Source: an uncultured delta proteobacterium | Lineage (GTDB): Bacteria; Myxococcota; Myxococcia; Myxococcales; Anaeromyxobacteraceae | DNA length: 64,000 nt | Direction: 5' to 3' | NCBI GenBank assembly: GCA_963828255.1 | Contig: CAWHDZ010000003.1 | Coordinates: 32,001-96,000 of the forward strand | Shown: piece after piece, positions 34,786 through 45,254 of the stretch | How the letters are laid out: every line of letters starts with the position of its first letter | Numbering within the stretch: position 1 is the first letter of the stretch | The notes under the pieces: generated by a model | What the model was told of the DNA's origin: nothing | Databases searched by the model: none | What the model saw: only the letters and a program-made list of their open reading frames with translations | Made by a program: the position numbers and the translations under genes

Positions 34786-35267
34786 CGGGCTTTGGGAATT
34801 CCCTCGACCCGCATCCGGTCGCCGACCCGGACCCCGTGCGCCTCGGCCCATCCTCCGGGCACCTCCAGCACCGTCCGGCTCGGCCCGCCGATGCGGGGCT
34901 CGAGGGTGAGGGGGCGCGCGCGGGCCACGATCCCGGTCACGCGCCCCGAGGAGTCGACGAAGATCAGGTCGAGGGGGATGAGGGTGTCCTTCATCCAGAA
35001 GGAGTGCTCCCCCTCCTCGTCGAAGAGGAAGAGCATGCCGTGGCCGTCCGCCAGCTCCTTGCGAAACATGAGCCCTCGCTCGCGTTTCTCCGGGGTGTCG
35101 GCGAGTTCCACATGGACGACGTGGGTCTTGCCGCCCGACTCGAGGATGGCGCGAGGTCCACCGGAGGCCGCGCAGGCTGGAGCCGAGGCGAGCGCGAGGG
35201 CGACGAGGGCCGTGGCGGCCCCCCGCCGGGCGATATCGACCGCCGAGGTGCTTGAATTGCCGTGCAT
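34779..35267 (-). CDS. DUF192 protein
   Basis: VELADT...RERGLMFR, GMLFLF, FWMKDTLIPLDLIF, VLEVPGG. Confidence 0.92.
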   Translation of the reverse strand: MHGNSSTSAVDIARRGAATALVALALASAPACAASGGPRAILESGGKTHVVHVELADTPEKRERGLMFRKELADGHGMLFLFDEEGEHSFWMKDTLIPLDLIFVDSSGRVTGIVARARPLTLEPRIGGPSRTVLEVPGGWAEAHGVRVGDRMRVEGIPKARQ

Positions 35268-35375
35268 GGCCGTTGACGGTTAGCACCCGGGCCGCGCCGC
35301 TTCAAGGAGCGTGCTTCCCGGGGTCGCGTAATTGCCCGGGTCGCCGGTAGGCGGGTACGATGCGTCCCAAGCCCG

Positions 35376-38300
35376 ATGAGCACGCCGACCCGCACGAATT
35401 CGTCGAGCGACTCCATCGACGAAGCCGCGCGACAGAAGATCCAGTCGATCACCATCCTCGAGCGGGAAGCGCGCGAGGAAGGGGACGGCGCGAGCGCCGC
35501 CGCGTTGCTGCGCCGGGGAGCGACCCTCGCGCGTGAGCTGCCGGACCTCGGGAGGGCGGAGGCGCTGCTCCTGCGCGCGCTGGCCCGCCTGCCCGGCGAC
35601 CCGGAGATGCTGCGGGAGCTTGCCGCGGTGCGGGAGCAGGCGGGCAATCTCGCCGGAGTGGCCGCGGTGCTCGAGGAGGAGGCCGACCGCACGTCGCGTC
35701 CCGCCGAGGCCGCCCAGCGCTACCTGGCGCTGGCCCGGTGGTGGGAGGAGCGGATCGGGCGGCGGGACCGCGCCGCACTCTTCTACGGCCGGGCCTTCCG
35801 CATCGACCCCGACCTGGCCGAGGCGCGCCGCGGGGCGGTGTCGTGCGCCAAGGCGCTCGGCCGGTACGCCCAGGCGAAGAAGCTGCTCGACGCCTGGCGC
35901 GACGCCGGGGGCGACCGGGCCGAGCTCGCGGTGGCCTACGCCCACCTGGGCGTGGGGCTCGTGGACGAGCCGCTCGAGCACGCGCTCGCACTCGACGCCA
36001 CGGTGGAGGCCATGCTCCTCGACCGGGGCGCACCCGGGGCGGCCGAGACGCTCGAGCGGCTGCGCTCGGCGCCCCGGACCTGGCGAGACCAGGCCGCCGC
36101 GCTGGTGCAGCGCGCCGCGGTGGAGAGGGACAGGAAGGAGGCCGCGCGGATCTGGCTCCGGCTCGCGGCCCTGCACGTCGCGTACGACCCCGACGGCGCC
36201 TCGATGGCGCGCGAGGCCTTCGACAGGGCCTGGCTGGCCTCGCCGGGACACCCGCGGGCGCTCGACCTCCTCGAGCGCTGGCACGGGGAGCGGGGCGAGT
36301 GGACCACGCTGCGCGAGGAGCTGACCCGGCTGGCGCGCAGCTCCCGCGACCTCGCGGCCGCCGTGGCGGCGAACCTCCGGCTCTCCCAGCTGCTGCTCGT
36401 CCAGTTCGGCGACGCGGACGGCGCGCGCGATGCGCTGGCCCGCGCCCTCGACCTCGACCCCGCCAACGACGAGGCCGCCCTCCACCTCTTCGAGGCCCAC
36501 GTGGACGCCGGGCGCGAGGCCGACGCCCTCTCGGTCCTGGAGCGGCACCTCGACGCGCGCCCCCACCGCCCCGAGCACGCGCTGCTCCGGCTCCGGGGAG
36601 CGGAGATGGCCATCTCCGCCGGGCAGCAGGCCCGGGCCCGCAGGATGCTGGAGGCCGCGCTGCGCGAGTCGCCGGGCTTCACGCCGGCGGCGCGGCTTCT
36701 CCTGCCGCTGCTCGAGTCGGCCGGCGACTGGCCGCAGCTCGTGGAGACGCTCCAGTCGGTCGCCTCGTCCGAGCGGGATCCGGCCGCGCGGGCCTCGCTC
36801 CTCCTGCGCGCCGCGGAGGTGGCCCTCGAGCCCGTCGGCGACGCCGCCGAGGCCATGCGCATCCTCACCTGGGCGCTCGTCTCCGAGCCGGCGCGCGCGG
36901 CGGCCCGGCGTCAGCTCGAGGCGGTCGCGGCCCGCTCCGGGGACTACACGGGCCTCTCCCGGGCCTTCCTCGCCGGCGCTGCAGCGGCGGGAGCCGACCT
37001 CGGGACCAGGAAGGCGCTGCTCCGGCGGGCAGCCGAGATCGAGGAGCACGACCTCGGGCACGCCGAGGAGGCGGCGCGGGTGTGGCGCACCCTCGCCGAT
37101 CTCGACCCTTCCGACCGCGGAGCGGCCAGCGCCTACGAGGCCGCGCTCTCCCGCGCCGGGCGCCAGGCCGAGCTCATCGAGGACCTGACCGGCCGGATGG
37201 CCACGGCCTCCGGATCCGACCGTCGCGAGCTCTCCATCAAGATCGCGCGGCTCCACCTGGAGGCGGGCGACGCGCCGCGGGCCGAGGGCGCCTGGCGGGA
37301 CGTGCTCGCCGAGGACGGCACCGATCCGGAGGCGCTGCGCGGGCTCGCCACGGCGCTGCGCGCCGACGGCTCCGAGGCGGCGGCAGGCGAGCTCTGCCAG
37401 GTCCTGGCGCGTCTCTCTGCCCAGGGCGCCGCGGACCGCGCCGACCTCGACGCCGAGCGGGCGGCCCTTCTCCTCCACCCGCTGGCGCGCCCCCTCGACG
37501 CCGCCGGCGCCTGGCTGGCGTTGCTCGAGGGAGGCGGCCTCGCCCCTCCGCTGGCCGCCCAGGCGGTCCGGGCGCTCGAGGATCTCCTGGCGAGCGGCAT
37601 CGACCCGGTGCGCATCGCCCGTGCCCTGGCGCCCGTCCACGCGGCCGGAGGCGACGCCGGGCGCCACGTCGAGATGCTCGAGGTGATCGCCCGCGACGAG
37701 TCGGCCGACCCGTCCGACCGCGCGCGCATGTGGCTCGACGTCTCCGCCATCCGCCAGGACCGGCTCGGCGACGCCCGCGGAGCGCTCGACGCCGCCGCCG
37801 AGGCGCTGGCCCAGGCGCCCAGCCACCCCGAGGCCCGCCGCCGGGTGGAGGACCTGGCCACCCGCGCCAGGGCCTACACCGAGCTCCACGCGCTGCTCGT
37901 CCGGGCGGCCGACGCACTCTCCAGGCAGCCCGCCGAGGAGCGGTCGCTGCGGATCCGCGCGGCCCAGCTCGCCGAGGAGGAGCTGGGATCCCAGGAGCAG
38001 GCGGCCATGCAGCTCCGGAGGGTTCGCCAGGTCTTCCCCGACGACGCCGACGCCCTCGCCGGCCTCACCCGGCTGGCGCTGGCGGGGGAGCGCTGGGAGG
38101 AGGCGCGCGACCTGCTCGCCGATCGGGAGCGGCTCGAGCCGCCCCCGCCCGAGCGCGCCGCGCTCGCCACCCAGCGGGGCGACCTGCTCCTCGAGCGGCT
38201 CCACGACCCCGTCGCGGCGGTCGCCGCCTACCGCCGCGCGCTCGAATTCGTGCCCCGCGAGCAGTCGGCCCGGCTGCTCGCCCGGACCGCGCGCGCCCTC

Positions 38301-41300
38301 GAGGCCGCGGGCGACCGGGACGGGCTCGCCGAGGTTCTCGAGGACCTCTCGCACCATCCCAACCTGCCCCCCGGCCTCGACCTGCCGACGCTGCCGCCGC
38401 CCACCGACCCGCTGAAGAGGATGGAGCTGGCGCGGGAGCGGCTCTCCCGCGACCCGCACGACGTGGCGGCCGCGGCCGAGATGGAGCAGCTCGCCGAGGA
38501 GCTGGAGAGTCCGGCCGACCTGGCCTGGGCGCTCGAGCAGCGGCTCTCGGCGGCGCTCTTCGATTCCGACCTGGCGTTCCGGATCGCCGAGCTCCGGCGA
38601 ACCCGCCTGGGAGACCACGCCGGCGCGCTGCGGCTGCTCGCCGAGCTGGCTGCGACCGATCCCGACCACCCCGGAGCGCGCCTGTCGCTCCTCCAGATTG
38701 CGCGCGAGCCGGGGACGGTCGGACGGGACGCGCTCCTCCAGGTGGACCAGCTGTTCGTGTCGCCGCAGGACGTGGAGTCCCGGATCACGGTCCGGGAGGA
38801 CCGGCTCGCCGCCGAGGAGGACCCGGGAGAGCGGGCGCACCTCCAGGGCGAGATCCGGACGATCCTCGAGGTGGATCTGGCCGACCCCTCGCGCGCGCTC
38901 GACGCGGCGCGCGGAGCCTTCGCGGAAGGGGGAAGGGCGCGGGAGGAAGCGCTCGCCGACATCCCGCGGCTCGCCGAGAAGTCCGGGCGGCTCGACGTGC
39001 TGGCCGACGTCTACGCGGCCACCGCCGAGGCCGCTTTCGGCGCCGAGGCCGTGGACTGCCTTCGGCTGTCGGCGCGCACCCGGGACCGCACCGGCGACGT
39101 GGCCGCACAGCTCGAGGCGTGGCGCAGGCTGGCCACGGCGGCGCCGGGCGACGTCGAGGCGCTGGAGGCTCTCGACCGGGTCCTCTCCCGGGAGCGGCGG
39201 ACCGAGGAGCTCGTTCCGGTCCTCGCCGGGCTCGCCGAGGCGCGTCGGAACGATCCAGCCCGCAGGCTCGAGGTCCTGCTCCGGCGGGCCGTGCTGCTCG
39301 AGGGGATGGAGGATCCCCATCTCGCGGTGGACGCCTTCGCTTCGGTGCTGGAGGAGTTCCCGCAGGAGGGCGCGGCGCTCTCCGGCCTGGCCCGCGCGCT
39401 GGCCCGCCCCGGCTCCCGCGCCGCCGCGGCCCGGCTCCTCGAGAAGGTCCACCGGGCCTCCGGAGACCAGGATCAGCTCGCCGACCTGCTCGAGCTCCGG
39501 CTCGAGGACATGGCCGCCGAGGAGCGGCCCGCCGCCCTGGCCGAGCTGGCCGGGCTGCGCGAGAGGGCCGGGAAGCTCTCGGCCGCCTTCGAGGCGCTGG
39601 CGCGCCAGTACGCGCTCGAGCGCGGGGACACCGCCGCCGAGCCACGGTTGCGGGCCGAGCTGTGCCGGCTCGCCGACACGGCGGGGATCGAGGAACGGCT
39701 GGCCGAGATCCTCTCCGGGTCGCTCGCGGAGGGGCTGCCCGACGAGGCCGCCATCCCGGTCCAGACGGCCCTGGCCGCCATCCACCGGTCCCGGCAGGCA
39801 TGGGGTCCGCTCGCGGCGGCGCTGCAGGGACGGGCACGGCTGGAGCGCGACTTCCGCGTCCGGCGGGAGCTCTGGCGGGAGGTCGCCGAGGTTTCCGGCG
39901 ACCAGCTTTCCGACGCGGACGGCGCACGCGAGGCGTGGCGCGAGGTGGCCGAGCTCCTCGACCAGGAGGGCGACGATGCCGCCGCCCGGCCTGGCGGCGC
40001 GGAGGAGGCCGCCGACGCGCGGCTGCGCGCTGGCCGGATCCGCATGACCCGTCTCGGCGACGGGGGCGGCGCGGTGGGCTCGCTGCGCGCCGCGCTCGAG
40101 TCGGTGCCGGGTCACGCCGGGGCGCTCGCCGCAGCCGAGGAGCTCTCGCGGGAGCCGGAGCTCCTCGCCGCCAACGCCCCGTTCTTCGCCGACGTGCTCT
40201 CCGGCGAGATCGCCGCGGCCGAGAACGCGGGGAAGGACGCGGAGGCGGACGGGCTCCGCATCCGGCTGGCCGCGCTCCGGGAGGAGCACCTCCACGACGC
40301 CGCAGGCGCCCTCGCGCTCCTCGAGGAGGTGCTGGCCCGCCATCCCGGCCACGGCGAGGCGCTCTCCCGCGTCGAGAGCGCCATGGCCCACGACCCGGAA
40401 CGCGCCGGGGCCATCCTCGAGAAGGCCTACACGACCACCGGGAGGCACGGGCCGCTCGCCGCGCTCCTCACCGACCGGCTCCCGCGGCTGGGCGAGGCCG
40501 GGGGCGGGGTCGCGCTCCGGCTCGGCGCGCTCCTCGAGGGGCCGCTCGGGCGCCCGTCCGAGGCGCCGCACTTCTACGAGGAGGCGCGACGGCTCGACCC
40601 CGCGCTCGCCCCGCGCGCGCTCCTGGCGCTGGAGCGGCTCTACCGGAAGCTCGAACGGTTCGGCGAGCTGGCCACCACGCTCGAGGCGCTGGCCGACGCG
40701 GAGCCGCGTCCGGAGGAGCGCACCGGCATCCTCTTCGTCCTGGCGCAGCTCTGCGAGGAGAAGCTCGCGTGCCCGGGGAGGGCAGCCGACGCCTACCTCC
40801 GGATCCTCGACGCCCAGCCAGGCCACCCGGCGTCGCTGCGCGCGCTGTCCCGGATCGCCGAGGCCACCGGCGGGAGCGATCCCGGCCTCGCGATCCGGCT
40901 CTGGGATCGGCTCTCCCGCTGGAACGAGGCCGACCGGCGCCCCCTCGACGCCCTGCGCCGGCTCCAGGGAGAGCAGGGCGACCTCGTCGGCCTGTCCGCC
41001 ACGCTCCGGAAGCTCATCCCCTTCGAGCCGGGGGCCGAGCGGGAGCTCCGGCTCACCCTCGCCGAGACGCTCATCGCCGCCGGCGACGTGGCGGCCGTCG
41101 TCGACGAGGGGCGGCGCGCCATGGCGCTCGGCGCCCCCAGCGACGCCGACCTCGACCGGCTGGGCGCCATCTTCCGGGCTGCGGGCGACGCGGACGAGGG
41201 TTCGCGGGTGCTCGAGGCCAAGGCCCACCGTCTCGGGCCGGGGCCGGAGGGCGCCGAGGCGTGGCGCGCCGTGGCCGCCGACTGGGCATCGCGCGGCCGG

Positions 41301-44300
41301 ACCGTGGAGTCCTCCGCGGCGCTCGGCGAGGCCTTCTCCTGCGACCCGGGGAGCCGCGCCACCTTCGACGCGCTTCGCGCGCTCCACGCCGAGGCCGGCG
41401 ACTGGGGCGCCTGGGCACGGGTCACCGAGCTCTACGTCCCGCGCCTCACCGAGGCGCCGGAGCGGGCCGGTCTGCTCCAGGAACTGGCCGAGGTGCTGGA
41501 GACCCGCGCCGACAACTCCGCCGGGGCCTGGAACGCCTGGCGGAGGGCCTTCGCCGAGGACCCCTCGTCGGAGCGCGCGCTCTCGGCGCTGGAGCGGCTC
41601 GCGCCCTCGAACGGGGGGCCGGCCGAGATCGTCCCGTTCCTGGAGCGGGCGGCCGAGGCGTCGAGCGGCGAGCGGCAGGGCGCCCTGCTGCTCCGGCTGG
41701 CGGTGCTGCGCGGCGTGGACGGCGGGGACGCCGCCGGCGGTGCAGAGGCGGTTCGCCGCGCGCTCCTCGCCGACCCCGCCTGCCTGGCCGGGGTCGCGGA
41801 GGACGATGCGCTCCCCGCGGCGGCCCGGGCGCGCCTGCTCGGCTGGGGCGCCGCGGCGCTCGACGGGCAGGGCGAGGCGGGTCGAGCGCTCGGCCTGCTC
41901 GAGGCGGCCCACCGCATCGCCCCCGGCGACGGCGACGTGGCCGCCTCCCTGGAGCGGTGCTACCGGGAGGGAGGAAACGCCGGAAGGCTGGCCGACGTGC
42001 TCCGGATTCGCGCGTCCGTCGAGGCCGATCCGGCGGCGCGGAGCCGGACCCTGCTCGAGCTGGGTGAGCTGCTCGACGGATTGCTCGACCGACCCGAGGA
42101 GGCGGAGGGTGCCTTCCGCGAGGCGCTCGCCCTCGGCATCGACCCGGCCGCGGCCACAGGCCTCCACCTCCGGCTGGCGCGCATGCGCGCGCAGGCCTCG
42201 GGCGACCCGGCCGAGGCCCGGGCCGACTACGAGAAGGTGCTCGCGCTCGAGCCCGGAAACCTGGTCGCCATCCGCGCGCTGGCCGACCTCCGCTCCCGGG
42301 CCGGCGACCGGGCCGGCTTCGCCGAGATGCTCGCAGCCGAGGCCCGCCACGGCGACGATCCGGCCCGCGCCGCCGACGCGTTCGTCGAGGCGGGCCGGCT
42401 CCTCGAGCTCGAGGGTCGTCCCCGCGAGGAGATCTCCGGACTCTACGGGGACGCGCTGGCGCGGGTTCCCGATCACCTCCCCGCCGCCCTGGCCCTCTCC
42501 GACATCCTCGAGGCGAGCGGCGACCTGGCCGGGGTGGCCCGCCTGCTCGACCCCGCCGTTGCCCGGATGGGGCAGGGGGACCCGCGCGAGCTGCTCCGGC
42601 AGCTCTGCCGCCTGGGGAAGGCCCGGGAGCACAGCGGAGACGCCCCGGGCGCGCTCGCCGCGTACCGGAGGGCCCGCGAGATCGACCCCACCTCGCTCCC
42701 GGCGCTGAAGGGGCTCGCGGCCATCCTGGGCCCGGGCGGGGACGCGCGGGAGGCGCTGCCGGTGCTGGAGGGGCTCCTCTCCCACCACGCCGACGCCCTC
42801 TCGCCGGCCGAGGTGGCGGTGGCGAGCGGGTGGGTGGGCCAGATCCTGGAGCGGCAGGGCGTCACGGAGCGGGCCGTGGAGAGCTTCGAGCGGGCGCTCG
42901 AGATCGACCCCGTCCACGTCCCCTCCCTGCGCGGCATGGCGCGTCTGCTGCTCGCGCGCGAGGACTGGCCGCGCGCGGTCGGCGTGCTGGAGCGGCTCCT
43001 GCGCATCCCCGAGGTGCAGGCCGACCACGCCGGCGCGGCCCGGTTGCACCTCCAGCTCGCCGAGGTCCTGCGCGACCGGGTGGGGGACGAGGAGCTTTCG
43101 CTCCGCCACCTCGAGCTGGCCCTCGATCACGATTCACGGCTGGTGAAGGCCTTCGCCGCCATGGAGCAGATCCTGGCCGGGAAGCGGCGCTGGCGCGACC
43201 TGGCCCGGGCCATCGAGCGGATGATCGCGCGGCTGCCCCGGGCGCCCGACACCGAGAAGGCCCGCGCCGGGCTCTGGAAGGAGCTGGCGTCCCTGCAGCA
43301 CCGCGCGCTGGGCGACCTCCCGGCCGCCCGCATCGCCTACGAACAGGTGGTGAAGGACAGCCCCGACGATCTCGACGCCCTGCAGGCCTACGCCGAGCTC
43401 GCCGCCGGCGTCCCGGGGCTCGAGGGGGTCGCGGCCGATTCCCTGCGCTCCATCGCGCTCCGGCAGAAGGACCCGTCGCGCTCCGTCTCCCGGCTGCTCG
43501 CGGTCCAGCTCGCCCGCAAGGACCTCGACCGCGCCTACGCCGCCGCCGACGTGCTCGCCCACCTGCTCCGCACCGCCAGCCCCGAGGAGCTCGAGACGGT
43601 GGACCGGCTGCGGCGGCTGGCCCGCGAGTTCGCCACCCGCTCGCTCGACGACGTCCTCTGGCAGCGGCTCCTCCACGAGCGGCTCCGGACCGGACCGGTC
43701 CCGGCCATCCTCTCGCTCCTGGCGCGGGAGGCCGGGTCGATCTTCGTCCAGTCCCCGAAGGACCTGGGGCTGAACCCGGCGCGGGACGAGATCGACCTGT
43801 CGACCTCGGGGCTCGTCCTGGCCAACGGGATCAAGTACGCCGCCCGCTCGCTCGGGATCGAGGGGGTCCGGCTCTTCCGGATGGTGGGCAGCCCGATGCG
43901 GCTCGGGTTCGCCAACACCGACCCCCCCTCCCTGGTGGCCGGCGAGGAGACCTACCAGGATCGGCCCCGCCGGGAGCTCTGGTACGTCGCGGCCCGCGCC
44001 GTTTCCTACTACCGGCCCGAGCTCCGCCTGGCGCGGCTCATGCCGCACGATCAGCTCCAGGCGGTCTTCCAGGCGGCCTGCTGCGTGGGCTCCCCGGCTT
44101 TCGTGCCCACCGCCGAGCCGCGCATGGTCCAGAAGATGCGGGGACCGATCGAGCGGGTCCTGCGAGAGCGCGGCAAACTTCCCGTGCTGGAGCGGCTCGC
44201 CGAGGAGTACGCTGCGAATGCGCGGCCCGGTGACGTCCGGGCCCACATGGACGCGGTCGAGCTGACGTCCAACCGGGCAGGCGCCCTGCTCTCGGGCGAC

Positions 44301-44453
44301 CTGCAGGTTGCGCGGCGGCTCGTGTTGGAGGAAAAGGCGCAGGTGTCGAAGCTGCAGGACGAGGCCAAGGTGCGCGATCTGGTTCAGTTCTGCCTCTCCG
44401 AGGACTGGGCGGTTCTCCGCGATGCGCTCGGACTCTCGGTGGCGGCGAGGTGA
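35376..44453 (+). CDS. giant TPR protein (AgmK-like), 3025 aa
   Basis: Continuous TPR-like repeats with GC3-rich codons; upstream of an AgmX-like gene. Confidence 0.85.
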   Translation: MSTPTRTNSSSDSIDEAARQKIQSITILEREAREEGDGASAAALLRRGATLARELPDLGRAEALLLRALARLPGDPEMLRELAAVREQAGNLAGVAAVLEEEADRTSRPAEAAQRYLALARWWEERIGRRDRAALFYGRAFRIDPDLAEARRGAVSCAKALGRYAQAKKLLDAWRDAGGDRAELAVAYAHLGVGLVDEPLEHALALDATVEAMLLDRGAPGAAETLERLRSAPRTWRDQAAALVQRAAVERDRKEAARIWLRLAALHVAYDPDGASMAREAFDRAWLASPGHPRALDLLERWHGERGEWTTLREELTRLARSSRDLAAAVAANLRLSQLLLVQFGDADGARDALARALDLDPANDEAALHLFEAHVDAGREADALSVLERHLDARPHRPEHALLRLRGAEMAISAGQQARARRMLEAALRESPGFTPAARLLLPLLESAGDWPQLVETLQSVASSERDPAARASLLLRAAEVALEPVGDAAEAMRILTWALVSEPARAAARRQLEAVAARSGDYTGLSRAFLAGAAAAGADLGTRKALLRRAAEIEEHDLGHAEEAARVWRTLADLDPSDRGAASAYEAALSRAGRQAELIEDLTGRMATASGSDRRELSIKIARLHLEAGDAPRAEGAWRDVLAEDGTDPEALRGLATALRADGSEAAAGELCQVLARLSAQGAADRADLDAERAALLLHPLARPLDAAGAWLALLEGGGLAPPLAAQAVRALEDLLASGIDPVRIARALAPVHAAGGDAGRHVEMLEVIARDESADPSDRARMWLDVSAIRQDRLGDARGALDAAAEALAQAPSHPEARRRVEDLATRARAYTELHALLVRAADALSRQPAEERSLRIRAAQLAEEELGSQEQAAMQLRRVRQVFPDDADALAGLTRLALAGERWEEARDLLADRERLEPPPPERAALATQRGDLLLERLHDPVAAVAAYRRALEFVPREQSARLLARTARALEAAGDRDGLAEVLEDLSHHPNLPPGLDLPTLPPPTDPLKRMELARERLSRDPHDVAAAAEMEQLAEELESPADLAWALEQRLSAALFDSDLAFRIAELRRTRLGDHAGALRLLAELAATDPDHPGARLSLLQIAREPGTVGRDALLQVDQLFVSPQDVESRITVREDRLAAEEDPGERAHLQGEIRTILEVDLADPSRALDAARGAFAEGGRAREEALADIPRLAEKSGRLDVLADVYAATAEAAFGAEAVDCLRLSARTRDRTGDVAAQLEAWRRLATAAPGDVEALEALDRVLSRERRTEELVPVLAGLAEARRNDPARRLEVLLRRAVLLEGMEDPHLAVDAFASVLEEFPQEGAALSGLARALARPGSRAAAARLLEKVHRASGDQDQLADLLELRLEDMAAEERPAALAELAGLRERAGKLSAAFEALARQYALERGDTAAEPRLRAELCRLADTAGIEERLAEILSGSLAEGLPDEAAIPVQTALAAIHRSRQAWGPLAAALQGRARLERDFRVRRELWREVAEVSGDQLSDADGAREAWREVAELLDQEGDDAAARPGGAEEAADARLRAGRIRMTRLGDGGGAVGSLRAALESVPGHAGALAAAEELSREPELLAANAPFFADVLSGEIAAAENAGKDAEADGLRIRLAALREEHLHDAAGALALLEEVLARHPGHGEALSRVESAMAHDPERAGAILEKAYTTTGRHGPLAALLTDRLPRLGEAGGGVALRLGALLEGPLGRPSEAPHFYEEARRLDPALAPRALLALERLYRKLERFGELATTLEALADAEPRPEERTGILFVLAQLCEEKLACPGRAADAYLRILDAQPGHPASLRALSRIAEATGGSDPGLAIRLWDRLSRWNEADRRPLDALRRLQGEQGDLVGLSATLRKLIPFEPGAERELRLTLAETLIAAGDVAAVVDEGRRAMALGAPSDADLDRLGAIFRAAGDADEGSRVLEAKAHRLGPGPEGAEAWRAVAADWASRGRTVESSAALGEAFSCDPGSRATFDALRALHAEAGDWGAWARVTELYVPRLTEAPERAGLLQELAEVLETRADNSAGAWNAWRRAFAEDPSSERALSALERLAPSNGGPAEIVPFLERAAEASSGERQGALLLRLAVLRGVDGGDAAGGAEAVRRALLADPACLAGVAEDDALPAAARARLLGWGAAALDGQGEAGRALGLLEAAHRIAPGDGDVAASLERCYREGGNAGRLADVLRIRASVEADPAARSRTLLELGELLDGLLDRPEEAEGAFREALALGIDPAAATGLHLRLARMRAQASGDPAEARADYEKVLALEPGNLVAIRALADLRSRAGDRAGFAEMLAAEARHGDDPARAADAFVEAGRLLELEGRPREEISGLYGDALARVPDHLPAALALSDILEASGDLAGVARLLDPAVARMGQGDPRELLRQLCRLGKAREHSGDAPGALAAYRRAREIDPTSLPALKGLAAILGPGGDAREALPVLEGLLSHHADALSPAEVAVASGWVGQILERQGVTERAVESFERALEIDPVHVPSLRGMARLLLAREDWPRAVGVLERLLRIPEVQADHAGAARLHLQLAEVLRDRVGDEELSLRHLELALDHDSRLVKAFAAMEQILAGKRRWRDLARAIERMIARLPRAPDTEKARAGLWKELASLQHRALGDLPAARIAYEQVVKDSPDDLDALQAYAELAAGVPGLEGVAADSLRSIALRQKDPSRSVSRLLAVQLARKDLDRAYAAADVLAHLLRTASPEELETVDRLRRLAREFATRSLDDVLWQRLLHERLRTGPVPAILSLLAREAGSIFVQSPKDLGLNPARDEIDLSTSGLVLANGIKYAARSLGIEGVRLFRMVGSPMRLGFANTDPPSLVAGEETYQDRPRRELWYVAARAVSYYRPELRLARLMPHDQLQAVFQAACCVGSPAFVPTAEPRMVQKMRGPIERVLRERGKLPVLERLAEEYAANARPGDVRAHMDAVELTSNRAGALLSGDLQVARRLVLEEKAQVSKLQDEAKVRDLVQFCLSEDWAVLRDALGLSVAAR

Positions 44454-44465
44454 GGGAGGCTGTCC

Positions 44466-45242
44466 ATGCGGTTCAGTTGTGAAGGCTGCAGCGCGAAGTA
44501 CATGATCTCCGACGACAAGGTCGGTCCCGCCGGCGTGAAGGTCCGCTGCAAGAAGTGCGGACACGTCACGCTGGTGCGGCGGGCCGAGCCGGAGGGCGCG
44601 GTCACCCCCGCGCCCACGGGTCCCCTTTCGGCCGAATGGTGGGTGGCCATCGGCGAGCAGCCCGTGGGTCCGGTGGGGGTCGAGGTGCTCCAGCACCACT
44701 GGGACCAGGGCGAGATCGGCCCGGAGAGCCTGGTCTGGTACTCGGGGCTCCCCGAGTGGGCGCCCCTCTCCTCGGTGCCCGAGCTTCACTCCCACCTCGG
44801 CGGCGGCACGCCAGGGGCCCCTCCGGCCGCGGCCCCGATGCCCCCGTCGGCCCCTCCGCCTGCCCCCGCGCCCGACGCGCCCGACGAGGAGTGGCGCCCC
44901 GGGGCGGCCTCCGCGCTGGCCGCGCTGGAGGACACCCGTTCCCAGGACGTGGACCTCCCGGCCGTCGAGACCGCCGCCCGGTCGGATGCGCAGCCTGCCG
45001 CCGCGCCGACTCCGACCGAGGGTCATTTCGTCGGGACCGACCCAACCGGGGTGAAGCCCCTTCCCATGGCGGGGCTCGAGCGGACGGGGGAGAGGCGCAT
45101 CTCCACCACTCCGGGGACGCGCGGCCAGAGGGCCCGGCAGCGGGTTCCGGAGCCCGAGAGCCGCTCGCTCACCGTGGTCCTGCTGGTGGCGCTGGCGGTC
45201 GTGGCGGTGCTGGCCGCCGGCCTCTGGTGGATGACGAAGTAG
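44466..45242 (+). CDS. zinc-ribbon + GYF_2 membrane protein (AgmX/GltJ-like)
   Basis: MRFSCEGCSAKY...VRCKKC; WWVAI...GP...LVWYSGLPEW.P; C-terminal TM. Confidence 0.88.
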   Translation: MRFSCEGCSAKYMISDDKVGPAGVKVRCKKCGHVTLVRRAEPEGAVTPAPTGPLSAEWWVAIGEQPVGPVGVEVLQHHWDQGEIGPESLVWYSGLPEWAPLSSVPELHSHLGGGTPGAPPAAAPMPPSAPPPAPAPDAPDEEWRPGAASALAALEDTRSQDVDLPAVETAARSDAQPAAAPTPTEGHFVGTDPTGVKPLPMAGLERTGERRISTTPGTRGQRARQRVPEPESRSLTVVLLVALAVVAVLAAGLWWMTK

Positions 45243-45254
45243 CGGGCCCCCAGC

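Noticed and set aside
35280..43130. Very long antisense/alternate-frame ORFs (also 2389..5631, 8548..12771, 6527..10321, 35738..42067 and others)
   Set aside because: Shadow ORFs of real GC3-rich genes; low-complexity R/G/P/A translations with no motifs. Only the terminal parts that match real genes were kept.
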